64,000 bases of DNA from an uncultured bacterium (GCA_963824495.1 CAWGPQ010000014.1:64001-128000), one strand, 5' to 3'; shown: positions 1 through 10,353, numbered from the stretch's first letter. A program made the numbers and translations. The notes: generated by a model from the sequence alone, not told the origin.

Positions 1-480
1 TGCTTGGTAAAAATGAGTTCCCCCCATACAGAGTCTCACGAGATAAGCAGCTTGATGTCCATTATATGCTTCGTGTTGGCAGAAGGCTATAAGATCAGAT
101 CCATTTTCGAGATACCACTCTGCATCTGGCATGAGCAGGAATGCTGCATGAGGAAATTTTTCTTCTGCTAGATCAAGTGCTCTATTACGGGATGTGGCAA
201 AATCAATAAAGGGCTCTTGGATAACATAGGTCTGAGAGAGAGCATGTTCGGCAAAATATTCGTTAACCACTTCGACAGTTGTATCAGTTGATCCGGTATC
301 AAAGATAAGAAAAGCGGTAATGCCAGCTTCTCGCAAGGGATCAAGCGTTTGGCGAATGACAGATGCCTCGTCCTTGATCATACACACAGCCACAATTAAT
401 GGGTCATAGGCGTAGTTATGTGCATAAGTACTAGTGCAGAAGATACTAACAAATAGTGCTTTATATATAACATGCTTCAT
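1..480 (-). CDS. GT2-family glycosyltransferase with N-terminal signal-like segment (partial, runs off the window edge)
   Basis: Own translation from ATG at 480: MKHVIYKALFVSIFCTSTYAH...IVAVCMIKDEASVIRQTL...IFDTGSTDTT...FIDFATSRNRALD...LMPDAEW. Contains GT-A fold motifs (xxKDE, DTGSTD, RNxAL, DAE). Confidence 0.8.
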   Translation of the reverse strand, partial: MKHVIYKALFVSIFCTSTYAHNYAYDPLIVAVCMIKDEASVIRQTLDPLREAGITAFLIFDTGSTDTTVEVVNEYFAEHALSQTYVIQEPFIDFATSRNRALDLAEEKFPHAAFLLMPDAEWYLENGSDLIAFCQHEAYNGHQAAYLVRLCMGGTHFYQA

Positions 481-504
481 ATGATCGCCTTTTTAATCAC
501 GTTT

Positions 505-1179
505 TTATGACCTGAGCACGTAGAATTCTACACGACGGTTAGGTGCTTGTTGCTCCATAGTTCCTTGAGGCACAATACAAAGTTCAGAGCCACGGCCTAC
601 CGTTTTGAGTAAATGTCGCGGGATACCATGCTCAACAAGATAGTCAGCAACGGCTTGGGCACGTTTACTCGAGAGCATAATATTATATACTGCTGATTTT
701 GTAAATTTGCAAGCATGGCCTTCGATAATAATGGTGTAACCCTTTTGTGTAAGCTTACTAATAAGATTGAGATTATAATCAAGGACAGGTTTTTGCTGTG
801 GGTGTAATTCAAATTCATCGTATGCAAAATAGATCGTTTTTAAGCCATGTTGTGCTTGATCGTGCTGTGTATCAGATGTAAATGCCTGAGCCGTGGCATC
901 AAGTGCCTCATGGGGAACGAGCTGTATAGTGTGGTCTCCAGAGGGGGAATTTATAAACGGATTAGAATCTTCATCAAGAACGAATGCTTCTACGTCATCG
1001 TCAAAAATACTTTTTTTGGTATTTTTATTATAGCCTTCAGCATCTCTATCTTTAGGATCTTCAGAAGTTGACGTTGTAGTTGTATGAGGAACAGAGCTTG
1101 TTGAAGCAGGGTTCTGTAAGCAAGCAGGAAGTAATAAGATTAAGCACATAATAAAAACCAGATTTTTTTTCATAAGCAA
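505..1179 (-). CDS. OmpA/Pal-like peptidoglycan-associated lipoprotein
   Basis: Lipobox LLLPAC; C-terminal OmpA-C motifs IYFAYD, IEGHAC, YNIMLSSKRA, NRRVEF. Confidence 0.88.
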   Translation of the reverse strand: MLMKKNLVFIMCLILLLPACLQNPASTSSVPHTTTTSTSEDPKDRDAEGYNKNTKKSIFDDDVEAFVLDEDSNPFINSPSGDHTIQLVPHEALDATAQAFTSDTQHDQAQHGLKTIYFAYDEFELHPQQKPVLDYNLNLISKLTQKGYTIIIEGHACKFTKSAVYNIMLSSKRAQAVADYLVEHGIPRHLLKTVGRGSELCIVPQGTMEQQAPNRRVEFYVLRS

Positions 1180-1322
1180 TCCTTTGGGTAATCCTCATGA
1201 TGTGTAACTGAGTGAAACGGAATGTACCATAAATTTTAAGGATTTTCTACTATTTGTCGCGAAGATCGGTTATTATTAATAGTATAAAGCTTTAAGTAAT
1301 TTTAAGATGCTCTACGAAATTT

Positions 1323-2861
1323 ATGTGGATACCAATGAAAAAAATCTTAATTAACGATAATCCATGGCAAACACGAATTGCTATTACGCGTGACGACGCA
1401 CTACAAAATATTTATTTTGGCTCGCATGCGATAGAGACACTTGAGCGAAGCTTTTTTAAAGGCAGCGTTATCAAAGTATTGCCTGGCATACAAACAGCAT
1501 TTGTTGATATAGGACAAGAGCGTGCAGGCTTTCTTCATATATCTGAAGTTGATCGTGAGCTGGCACTTCAGCGTATGACGAGTGGTGATCAGCTTGAGGA
1601 TATTGAAGAAGATGAGCAGTTTCGTAAGATTGAGCCGGTAATACGGCCTGAGCCTGATATTAGCAAAATCTTTAAAGAAGGCGAAACTGTTCTGGTACAA
1701 GTTAGTAAAGAGCCTGTATATGAAAAAGGAGCAAAGCTAACAACCTGCTTTACGCTACCTGGACGATTTTTGGTACTCATGCCCAATATACCGCGTATTG
1801 GTATTTCCAAAAAAATTGAAGAAAAAGAAGAACGACAGCGTCTACGTGAGTTATTGACACAGAATTTGCCCGAAGGTATGGGCGCTATTATTAGAACAAC
1901 CTCAGAACATCAAGGATCTCAAGAGATATTGCAAGATTTATCCTACTTGATAGATACCTGGAATACCATTTTAAAGCGCTATCAAGAGGCTAAGCCAGAG
2001 GAAAAAATTTACGAAGATATTGATATATCACTACAAGCAGTTCGCGATCATCTTGATACCGATGTTGAGGCCGTTATCTGTGACGATCAAGATACACAAG
2101 CACGGATTTATAAATTTGTTAAAAATATTGCGCCTGAGCAGGCACATAAGGTCCGATACTATAAGGGTCCGCCAACTTTATTTGAAAAATATGGGATAGA
2201 AAAACAGATTGAGCAAGCACTCAATAAAAAAGTATATCTTAAATCTGGTGGGTCATTAATTATAGAGACAGCAGAGGCAATGACAGTTATTGACGTCAAT
2301 ACGGGACGCTATACGGGTCAAAGCAATCTTGAAGATACGATTTTAAAGACCAATCTTGAAGCTGCCGAAGAAGTAGTACGTCAATTACGCTTGCGTAATA
2401 TCGGTGGTCTGATCGTTATAGATTTTATTGATATGGCAACTGCTGCTAATCGCCAAAAGCTCTATCGGGTACTTGAAAAAACGCTGAAAGAACGAGATAA
2501 ATTTCAGTCAGTAGTCCTCAAAGTATCTGAATTTGGTCTTGTTCAAATGACACGTAAACGTTCAGGCAAAACGCTTGTTCAACAAATGACTCAGACCTGC
2601 CCTACCTGTAACGGCCTGGGTTTTGTTCGATCTTTGCAAACCGAGGCATATGCTATTTTACGTAAACTAAAAGAAGGCCTTGACAGTAAAGCACTTAAAA
2701 ACACTATAACGCTTACGGTGCATCCCATTGTCTTGCAGTATATTGCCGGCGTTGAATATAACTCTATTCTCCAGCTTGAAAGAAGCTATGCATGTAAAAT
2801 TGTGCTTATTGGTCAAGAAGATATGCATCGAGGTGATTACGTGATTGACTCGTCATCTTAA
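1323..2861 (+). CDS. rng: Ribonuclease E/G family (RNase G length)
   Basis: S1 domain (AFVDIG, GFLH), DVNTG, LRNIGGLIVIDFIDM and CPTCNG Zn-link. Probable start at MKKILIN. Confidence 0.92.
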   Translation: MWIPMKKILINDNPWQTRIAITRDDALQNIYFGSHAIETLERSFFKGSVIKVLPGIQTAFVDIGQERAGFLHISEVDRELALQRMTSGDQLEDIEEDEQFRKIEPVIRPEPDISKIFKEGETVLVQVSKEPVYEKGAKLTTCFTLPGRFLVLMPNIPRIGISKKIEEKEERQRLRELLTQNLPEGMGAIIRTTSEHQGSQEILQDLSYLIDTWNTILKRYQEAKPEEKIYEDIDISLQAVRDHLDTDVEAVICDDQDTQARIYKFVKNIAPEQAHKVRYYKGPPTLFEKYGIEKQIEQALNKKVYLKSGGSLIIETAEAMTVIDVNTGRYTGQSNLEDTILKTNLEAAEEVVRQLRLRNIGGLIVIDFIDMATAANRQKLYRVLEKTLKERDKFQSVVLKVSEFGLVQMTRKRSGKTLVQQMTQTCPTCNGLGFVRSLQTEAYAILRKLKEGLDSKALKNTITLTVHPIVLQYIAGVEYNSILQLERSYACKIVLIGQEDMHRGDYVIDSSS

Positions 2862-4477
2862 TATTCACCACATGGAAAAGCAGGGAGATTTTTTCTGCTG
2901 AGCTTATTTAAGGGATTAGTCGGGCTTGGATATGTGGTAACCAGTGGTGGTATAAAAAGGGGCATCAAAATTCCCGAGTTTACTACGTCTGGTGTAGTGA
3001 GCTTAGGGAAGTTATGAGGTGAGGCCAAAAGATAGCGACCATAGTTGTTGATAAAATAGCCATGAAAGTGACTCGGTAACACATTTAAGCGAATACAGGA
3101 GCTTTTTTGTTCGGCAAGCATGTGCTGAACAAGAGTTCGCACATTTTCACAAAAATTACCCTTTTTATAGGATGTTATTCTGTTTTTTAGCTGTCCCCGA
3201 TATGTTATATCGTTTACATAATGAGTGATGAGCTCTTCAAGTTCATGATAATTGGTGAAGGCATCACCGAAATGGTGAGCCTTAACGAATTCAACGTTAA
3301 GATCTTCCCACCAAACATGCGTTGTATTGTCCAAAATCATAGGTAGGCTCATGTGCAGTGCCTCGCAGATACTGGTTGGTCCAGGCTTGGTGATAAAAAT
3401 GTCAGAGATAGCCATGAGATCCGATATTCGAGGGGTAAATCCAATAATGGAAATACTCATCTGCTCAGGCAACCTAATCTTTTCTATTTTGTGACGTAGC
3501 TTTTCACTTCGTCCCAGGCATACAATAAGATGGATTGGGAGGTTCATACGTGCTATTCTGCGAACATAGCGATATGTTGTAATTGATCCTGAAGCTCCCA
3601 TGAGCAACATAATAATAGTTTTGCCGCTATCAGGTATGTCAAACTCTCTCTTGATTTTTATTGGGTCTTTTTTTTCTAAAAAGTCTGTGCGAACGGGAAA
3701 GCCGATAACCCCGATACGATCGGTTGTTATATGGGCTGGTAAAATTTTTTGCTTAATACGTGGGTCATTAAAGGGTAAGGCATAAAAAAAATTTTTATAT
3801 TCAGATGCGCGCAAGCCATTAATATAAAGGGTTGTATCAAAATCAACAGGTATTACCAAAAAGGGAATATTGAGCGTTTTAGCAACATTGGCGAGCGCTG
3901 CGTTTATAAATGGCATCACCGAAATAATTAAATCCGGTTGTTGCTGAGAAAGATACGAATACATCAGCTGCTCAATTTCCGGCTGTTGAGCTTGAAACCT
4001 GCGTAATCCTAGATGGGATAGCAGGTCTAAACACCAAATCCAGCGACTCGTTAAAAGATAGTTATATAGGTCCTCGCCAGTATAAGCATCAAAAGTAAGA
4101 AAGCGTACTGGGTCAAGGGGTGCAAGAATATCACGAAGTATATTAACCCCCTGAATCTCATAGATATCGCCTAGGTATTCCTCAAGTGCCTTAAATCCCG
4201 ATTTATGCCCACCGCCACCTTCACTAAAAAAGACCAATATTTTTTTTTTGATAGGTTCGCCCATTGTCATAGTATACGAAAAAAGTTGAAGGGGTGCCGC
4301 TATAGATAGCATGAGGTTGCTATAGTCAGGCATTAAAAATTTCCAATAATTTCCTAGATTGGCAGGATAGAAATTATTCTCCATTGCTTGCCAATCATGG
4401 GCAACTTCATAGCAATAGCTGCCTAGTGTTGCTGAGAACATACTGCTGGCCAAGAGTAAAACGCGCTTTGTTATCAT
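2858..4477 (-). CDS. GT28/MGDG synthase (UgtP)-like glycosyltransferase; true start uncertain and probably downstream of 4477
   Basis: GGGGHKS, GFPVR, MGASGS, GFTPRISDLMAISD and ITKPGPTSICEAL motifs. Confidence 0.85.
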   Translation of the reverse strand: MITKRVLLLASSMFSATLGSYCYEVAHDWQAMENNFYPANLGNYWKFLMPDYSNLMLSIAAPLQLFSYTMTMGEPIKKKILVFFSEGGGGHKSGFKALEEYLGDIYEIQGVNILRDILAPLDPVRFLTFDAYTGEDLYNYLLTSRWIWCLDLLSHLGLRRFQAQQPEIEQLMYSYLSQQQPDLIISVMPFINAALANVAKTLNIPFLVIPVDFDTTLYINGLRASEYKNFFYALPFNDPRIKQKILPAHITTDRIGVIGFPVRTDFLEKKDPIKIKREFDIPDSGKTIIMLLMGASGSITTYRYVRRIARMNLPIHLIVCLGRSEKLRHKIEKIRLPEQMSISIIGFTPRISDLMAISDIFITKPGPTSICEALHMSLPMILDNTTHVWWEDLNVEFVKAHHFGDAFTNYHELEELITHYVNDITYRGQLKNRITSYKKGNFCENVRTLVQHMLAEQKSSCIRLNVLPSHFHGYFINNYGRYLLASPHNFPKLTTPDVVNSGILMPLFIPPLVTTYPSPTNPLNKLSRKNLPAFPCGEY

Positions 4478-4734
4478 TGTAGATAGTTCAGTTTTTTGTA
4501 GTAAGAACTGTGGTTCACCAATGACTTATGAACGTGATGAACAAGCAATGGTGAAGATAAGCACGTTTGCCAAAGGTGTAGCTTTTTTTTATCACTATCT
4601 AGATTACTCAATTTGAGAAAAATAACAAGTCAATTTTTTGGTAAATATCTTATGGCTACACTATAGTTCGTGCACTTGCCCTAGTGCTTGTGCACACGTC
4701 GCACTCAGGTTATAGTAAAAAATAAAGGGATTCT

Positions 4735-5391
4735 ATGAACACACTACGATATTTAACTACTTCATTAGTATGTGCTACGATGAGCCCACAACCACTGTCT
4801 GAAGAATATAGTATAAATCAGCTTGAGGCAGATATAGCAGTACTTGATAAAGAACTGCGACACGAGGCCAGTGGTCTGGCTATCCAATGGTATAACGATT
4901 ACGTAAGCAATGTAATGCCTCATCAGCAAGCAGGTTTGGCAAGTTATAGTGCCGGCATAGTCTCAATAGATAATGATCTTATACTACAAGTTAGTGAAAG
5001 TAGCTGGGCGCAGCTTTTTAGCATGAGAGAGGAAGCAATTAGGGAGAAAGCAAATCTCTATGATAAATGTATGGGTACCCCTTTGCAGCCTGCTATTTAT
5101 GCTATGCCGGATCTTCAGAACAAAATAATGCTTGATCATATGCGTCATGTAAAGACAGCATTAAGGCCACTGCTGGAGTCAGGATTCATCGAAAGATGCA
5201 GTGTAATACAATTCTTAATTGAAGAGGAGGTAGATTTAATATTCTATTCAGTAGTTTATACTAATCTTGACTTTAACTTAAGGAACGAATTGCCAATTCC
5301 TGATACTTTACACCCTACTTATAGCTTATATGAATTCTTCCAAAATTTACTTAAAGATCATAGTGAGCTTGCGTATCATGAGGAACTTTGA
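4735..5391 (+). CDS. Hypothetical protein
   Basis: 218-aa ORF with AAGGGA RBS. Its TGA stop lies inside the TTGA terminus of the IS200/IS605-like end. Confidence 0.6.
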   Translation: MNTLRYLTTSLVCATMSPQPLSEEYSINQLEADIAVLDKELRHEASGLAIQWYNDYVSNVMPHQQAGLASYSAGIVSIDNDLILQVSESSWAQLFSMREEAIREKANLYDKCMGTPLQPAIYAMPDLQNKIMLDHMRHVKTALRPLLESGFIERCSVIQFLIEEEVDLIFYSVVYTNLDFNLRNELPIPDTLHPTYSLYEFFQNLLKDHSELAYHEEL

Positions 5392-5445
5392 CACTCACCA
5401 GTTTAAAAGCAGGTGATTCTTGTTTCAGCGACATAGCCTGCGAGA
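5388..5445 (-). mobile_element. Orphan IS200/IS605-family (TnpB-type) right-end remnant
   Basis: Minus strand reads GAAACAAGAATCACCTGCTTTTAAACTGGTGAGTGTCAA: GAAT, a subterminal hairpin (TCACC/GGTGA) and terminal TCAA. Confidence 0.65.
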
Positions 5446-5529
5446 AAGATGCTTGGTTTTTGCATACTGTTGTCCTCTTGTGAGGTTTTACAGAGCATCG
5501 TAATTCCAAAAGTTTTTGGCTATATGTGC

Positions 5530-6810
5530 TCAGGCTTCTTGAACAACAGGAATGTCTGAATGAGTATGTGATTTCTCATAATTGCCTTTAAGTGACAAGG
5601 CAACAAGAGAGCGTATCTCAGTTTCAAAGTGAGGTTTGCTGTAGTTCTTCAAAGCAGTCTTGATATATGACCGATAATTTGGAGTAAAGAGATAGTCTAT
5701 AAGCAGATCTTTAAGGTCGTTAAATGATGTTAATACATCGCCAAACTTATGATCCTGAATAAACGTAAGATTAAATCTCTCCCAGGGCAAGCAGCCCCGT
5801 GTATTATCAATAATAATCGGTACCTGTGCATGGAGCGCTTCGCACACGCTCACTGTACCAGGTTTGGTAATAAGTACATCGGATAGGGCCATGAGGTCAG
5901 CAACGCGTTGAGTAAAGCCAAAAATTGAGATACTCATGCCCGGTGGAAGTCTTATTGTTTCAATTGCTCTATGGAGGTGCTCATTGCGGCCAAGGCAGAC
6001 GATAATATGAAGAGGAAGTTTTGTCTTGGCTATATTTTTTACGTAATGATAACTTGCTTTTGACCCAAGTGATCCCATAAGGATCATGACTATGGGCTTA
6101 TCGGTAGGCACATTAAATTCACGTTTGAGTGCTGCTATGTCTTTTCGCTTTAAAAACTCAGAACGTATAGGAAATCCGAGAATACGAAGTTGCTCTTTGG
6201 GTATTTTCTTAGAGACAACAGATGAGAGCAGTGCTGGATCATCAAAAGCATAGGTGTAAAATAGCTGTTTGTGATAAGGCGCTTCAAGATTATCGACAAA
6301 ATCAGTTGCATCCAGATCAGTTGGTATAATAATTAATGGTAGGCTGAGTTCTTGAGTAACACGTGCTAAAGCCCCATTTACATGAGGTGCTACTGAGATG
6401 ACAAGGTCGGGCTTATGTGATGCTAAATAGTCATAAAGTAGCCTATCCATTGAGGATTGCTGCTGATCAATAACCCATGAGCCGAAAGAAGCAAGAATAT
6501 CTATACATCTGCTAGGAAGGCGAGTAAAGAGGTAATTGCAAAGATCTTCATTGCTATAACGTGAGTTAGTAATTGACCGTACTACATCAAGGGGACGTAA
6601 TGTTTCGCCAAAAATATTAACACGTGTTACTTCGTAATCATCGTGCAGGTAGCTTGCGAGTGCCGTACTTGCTGATATATGACCTCCGCCTATGCCGCAA
6701 AAGAATATGAGTATTTTTTTGCGCTGGTATTCCTGTGCGGTAGATATCTGAATACTTACTGCACTAAGAAGTAGCCAGAAAGTAATAGCACGCAGCTTGC
6801 TATGAAACAT
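5530..6810 (-). CDS. GT28/MGDG synthase-like glycosyltransferase with signal peptide, paralog of 2858..4477
   Basis: GGGHISAS, GFPIR, MGSLGS and ITKPGTVSVCEAL motifs; N-terminus MFHSKLRAITFWLLLSAVSIQISTA. Confidence 0.85.
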   Translation of the reverse strand: MFHSKLRAITFWLLLSAVSIQISTAQEYQRKKILIFFCGIGGGHISASTALASYLHDDYEVTRVNIFGETLRPLDVVRSITNSRYSNEDLCNYLFTRLPSRCIDILASFGSWVIDQQQSSMDRLLYDYLASHKPDLVISVAPHVNGALARVTQELSLPLIIIPTDLDATDFVDNLEAPYHKQLFYTYAFDDPALLSSVVSKKIPKEQLRILGFPIRSEFLKRKDIAALKREFNVPTDKPIVMILMGSLGSKASYHYVKNIAKTKLPLHIIVCLGRNEHLHRAIETIRLPPGMSISIFGFTQRVADLMALSDVLITKPGTVSVCEALHAQVPIIIDNTRGCLPWERFNLTFIQDHKFGDVLTSFNDLKDLLIDYLFTPNYRSYIKTALKNYSKPHFETEIRSLVALSLKGNYEKSHTHSDIPVVQEA

Positions 6811-6983
6811 TTTGATGAACCTTTTAAATAATTTTGTTTAATAAGGTCAGTATTAAAAGCTTCATAACTTTTTATAGTTTATTCTCATTGAGACAATCCG
6901 TCAAACTATATGGTTGTCAAATTTTGAGGTTATGGTAAAGTGGTAGAAGAAAAAGATCTAGATCAAACGAAGGAAATAACTGA

Positions 6984-8441
6984 GTGGAAGAGAAACTTTC
7001 GGTTTTGGCACGCTATCCTGACTATGAAGCAACTATTGGCATCGAAGTTCACGTGCAATTATTGACAAAAAGTAAGATTTTTTGTCCGTCGGCCAATGGG
7101 ATATCTGATCAGCCTAATAAAGATATTTGTCCTATATGTATTGGACATCCAGGGGTTTTGCCCGTGCTCAATAAAGAAGTTGTTGATTTTGGTATCCGTG
7201 CAGCCCTTGCTACCCATAGTACTATTAACAAGAGCAATGAATTTGCGCGTAAGCACTATTTTTATCCTGATTTGCCCAAAAATTATCAAATTACCCAAAG
7301 CGATAAGCCTCTTGCTAAAGATGGCTCTATAGCTATTCAACGCGAAGACGGGAGCGTGAAGTATATTCGTCTTATCCGTATTCATATGGAAGAAGATGCA
7401 GGCAAAAGTATTCATGCAGCACATCATAATGAAAGTTTTATCGATTTTAATAGAGCTGGAACTCCCCTACTTGAAATTGTCTCATATCCTGATATCTCAA
7501 ACTCAGCTGAAGCCCGTGCCTATCTTAAGGCCCTGCGAGCTCTTGTAATGTATTTGGGTATCTGTTCGGGTAATATGGAAGAAGGCGCTTTTCGTGCTGA
7601 TACAAACGTTTCCGTTCGTAAAAAGGAACAAGAAAAACTGGGGACTAAATGCGAACTTAAAAATATAAACTCATTTAAATTTATTAGTGATGCTATAGAT
7701 TACGAAATTGAGCGACAAATAGTGCTCATTGAGCATGGAGGAAAAGTTGTTCAAGAAACGCGCTTGTGGAATGCCAAAAAGCACAAAACTGAATCTATGC
7801 GGATCAAAGAAGAGGCAGCTGACTATCGATACTTTCCTGATCCTGACTTGCCACGTATAGAGATTGACGATACATGGATTGAGCAGATTAAGCAGCAGTT
7901 ACCTGAATTGCCTGATGAAAAATTTAAGCGTTTACGTGCGTGCTATAGTCTTTCTGATTATGAAGCAGAAATTTTAATCGATAACCCTGATCTTGCTGAC
8001 TATTATGAACAAGCAGCTTGTTTTACTCATAGTAAGCATCTTATTAATTGGGTGCTTCGTGATGTTATGAGCTGGCTTAAAGAGCAGAAGATTGCATTAG
8101 CTGCATTTAAAGTAACACCCCATCACTTAGCTGAGCTTATTGATCTACTTGATAAAGGTACTATTAATAACCGAGTTGCACAGGAGGTTTTTGCTGAAGT
8201 TGCCCGTAATGGTACTTCACCAGCTGCTTTTGTACGTGAACGGGGACTTGAGCAAGTTGGGTCACTGGGCGAGCTTGAACAAATTATTAAAGATCTTATT
8301 ACAGCATACCCAGACCAAGCAGCTGAATATCGTGCAGGTAAAACAAAGTTAGTTGGGTTTTTTGTAGGTCAAGCGCTACAGAAAACAGATGGTAAGGGTA
8401 ATCCTCATATTATTCAAGAACTGCTCAAGAAATACTTGTAG
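6984..8441 (+). CDS. gatB: Asp/Glu-tRNA amidotransferase subunit B
   Basis: IGIEVHVQL, YFYPDLPKNYQITQ, HMEEDAGKS, DYRYFPDPDLP. Confidence 0.97.
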   Translation: MEEKLSVLARYPDYEATIGIEVHVQLLTKSKIFCPSANGISDQPNKDICPICIGHPGVLPVLNKEVVDFGIRAALATHSTINKSNEFARKHYFYPDLPKNYQITQSDKPLAKDGSIAIQREDGSVKYIRLIRIHMEEDAGKSIHAAHHNESFIDFNRAGTPLLEIVSYPDISNSAEARAYLKALRALVMYLGICSGNMEEGAFRADTNVSVRKKEQEKLGTKCELKNINSFKFISDAIDYEIERQIVLIEHGGKVVQETRLWNAKKHKTESMRIKEEAADYRYFPDPDLPRIEIDDTWIEQIKQQLPELPDEKFKRLRACYSLSDYEAEILIDNPDLADYYEQAACFTHSKHLINWVLRDVMSWLKEQKIALAAFKVTPHHLAELIDLLDKGTINNRVAQEVFAEVARNGTSPAAFVRERGLEQVGSLGELEQIIKDLITAYPDQAAEYRAGKTKLVGFFVGQALQKTDGKGNPHIIQELLKKYL

Positions 8442-8464
8442 CCTTCACCAGGGGGGGAGAAGCA

Positions 8465-9454
8465 GTGTTATATACTACACGCTTAGTTATGCTCATCTGC
8501 TTACTGACAGCGCATCCTATTATGGGTGTAATAGTAGGTGTTAAGCCCAATGAGCAAACACCAATTGGTATTTTATCATTGCCGCTTTCTCAGCGTCCTA
8601 GTCCTCTCTTTAGCTTTGGCTTGCAGATAGCAGAAAAGGGTAACTTTATTGTAAGTGAGACATTTTATGATCTCAAATTTCATCAGAGTAACCTTTTTGA
8701 AGCGATCACCGAAATTTTTTATCAGCCCGAAAAAGATTTTTCGCTCTTTCTTCTTATTCCTGCAGTTCGTACTCCGCCTCCACCACCTCCACCATCTCCT
8801 CCTAAGCCACCATCAAAGTCATCTTTGTTCAATTCTTCTATTATAAGTGCTGATATAACTACCCATAGTATGCATGTAAGTACTAGTAAGACAGCGAGTG
8901 CCAAAGCAAAGTCTAAAACTCGACTGGGACGTGTTACGTTTGAAGCTGAATATGCATACTATCTTGAATTGCAAAAAACTTACTCACTTATTGGCACCAT
9001 CTTTGCTACTGTTCAAACTCCTGGTCAAGGCTTTGCAACTATTGATGCGGCAAGCTTTTTGCTTGGAACAACAGGAGGTTTTCAAACCTTCGATTGGACC
9101 GGTTTTGTAGTAACTGCCGTTGCTTTACCGTTAACTCGTTTTCAGGGTGTTAAGGAGGGTAAAGTTGTGTTGTATAATATCGGTCTTGCATACGATTTTG
9201 CCAATCCTCCAGGTTGGATCCTTGCAGGTCAGCTTGAGCTTAACGGTGTTTATTCACGACCTAACAAAAAAAACGGTATTACTGTTCCTAACACGGGTGG
9301 CAATGTTGTCTTTTTGGGACCATCATTATTTGCATCCAATAGGTATCTATCTATGCAGGCAGGAATACAGTTTGCTGTTGCACAAAAACTACGTGGAAAG
9401 CAAGATAGGGCAAAATTTCAAGCTACTGCTCGTATAGCCTATACGTTCTTTTAG
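8465..9454 (+). CDS. Putative outer-membrane beta-barrel protein with a poly-proline loop
   Basis: Signal-like N-terminus, amphipathic strands, C-terminal aromatic (IAYTFF); paralog of 9470..10339. Confidence 0.55.
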   Translation: MLYTTRLVMLICLLTAHPIMGVIVGVKPNEQTPIGILSLPLSQRPSPLFSFGLQIAEKGNFIVSETFYDLKFHQSNLFEAITEIFYQPEKDFSLFLLIPAVRTPPPPPPPSPPKPPSKSSLFNSSIISADITTHSMHVSTSKTASAKAKSKTRLGRVTFEAEYAYYLELQKTYSLIGTIFATVQTPGQGFATIDAASFLLGTTGGFQTFDWTGFVVTAVALPLTRFQGVKEGKVVLYNIGLAYDFANPPGWILAGQLELNGVYSRPNKKNGITVPNTGGNVVFLGPSLFASNRYLSMQAGIQFAVAQKLRGKQDRAKFQATARIAYTFF

Positions 9455-9469
9455 TAGTATCTGGGATAC

Positions 9470-10339
9470 ATGTTAATACTCTTATTGTGTCTTATATGTT
9501 TTTTGACCACCCTAAAATCTCAGGCATCCGATACGGTTTTGTCAAGTGAAGAGCAAATTCATGTTGGTAATTTGGCTTTGCGTATCTCCCAGCGCCCTGG
9601 GCCCTTCTTTAGCTTTGGCCAGAATGTTATTGAAAAGGGTGATCTTATTGCAAGAGGACTTGTCTTTGAACTTAAGGGATGTAAAGCAACATTGCTTACG
9701 TTCAATCCACGTCTGCTCTATGGACTGACCGATAGGTTCTCTGCTTTTATCGAGGCTCCGGCAGTTATCGCCTATCGAGATCATAAGCATCGATCATCAG
9801 GACTAGGAAGTGTTATTATAGAAGGCGAATGTGCTGTTTATGTCTATCGAACATTAACGTCTTCAACGTATGCAACTATTGTAGCTGACATTCAAGCCCC
9901 CGCGCCAGCTTTTAAAAAGATTAAAACTATTTTCAGCTCTTTAAATTTTTTTATTGGAACAACAGCAAGTTATTTATCTATTGAGTGGCAAGCCTTTGTT
10001 TCAACGGGAGCTTTGATAACAACACGCCGTCATCAAGTTAAATGGGGTAATGTATTTCTCTATGAGCTTGGCCTTGGACATAACCTAGGTAACCCTTACG
10101 GTTGGATACTTTCTTGGCTTCTAGAATTTAATGGTATTTACTCACTGCAGGAAAAAGTCGGCAATCGCACCAACTCCAACTCTGGAGGCAATGTTATTTT
10201 TGTAGGTCCCTCACTCTTTGCCTCAAATGAGCATTTTGTTGTTCAAGCGGGCGTTCAGGGAGTACTCTTTCAAAAATTGTTTGGTAAGCAGAGCAAAAGT
10301 ATCTATCGCCTTGCTGCTAGTGTTGCTTATACATTTTAG
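9470..10339 (+). CDS. Putative outer-membrane beta-barrel protein, tandem paralog
   Basis: Shares QRPxPxFSFG, ExNGxYS and GGNVxFxGPSLFASN with 8465..9454; ends VAYTF. Confidence 0.55.
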   Translation: MLILLLCLICFLTTLKSQASDTVLSSEEQIHVGNLALRISQRPGPFFSFGQNVIEKGDLIARGLVFELKGCKATLLTFNPRLLYGLTDRFSAFIEAPAVIAYRDHKHRSSGLGSVIIEGECAVYVYRTLTSSTYATIVADIQAPAPAFKKIKTIFSSLNFFIGTTASYLSIEWQAFVSTGALITTRRHQVKWGNVFLYELGLGHNLGNPYGWILSWLLEFNGIYSLQEKVGNRTNSNSGGNVIFVGPSLFASNEHFVVQAGVQGVLFQKLFGKQSKSIYRLAASVAYTF

Positions 10340-10353
10340 CTTCCCTATCGCGC

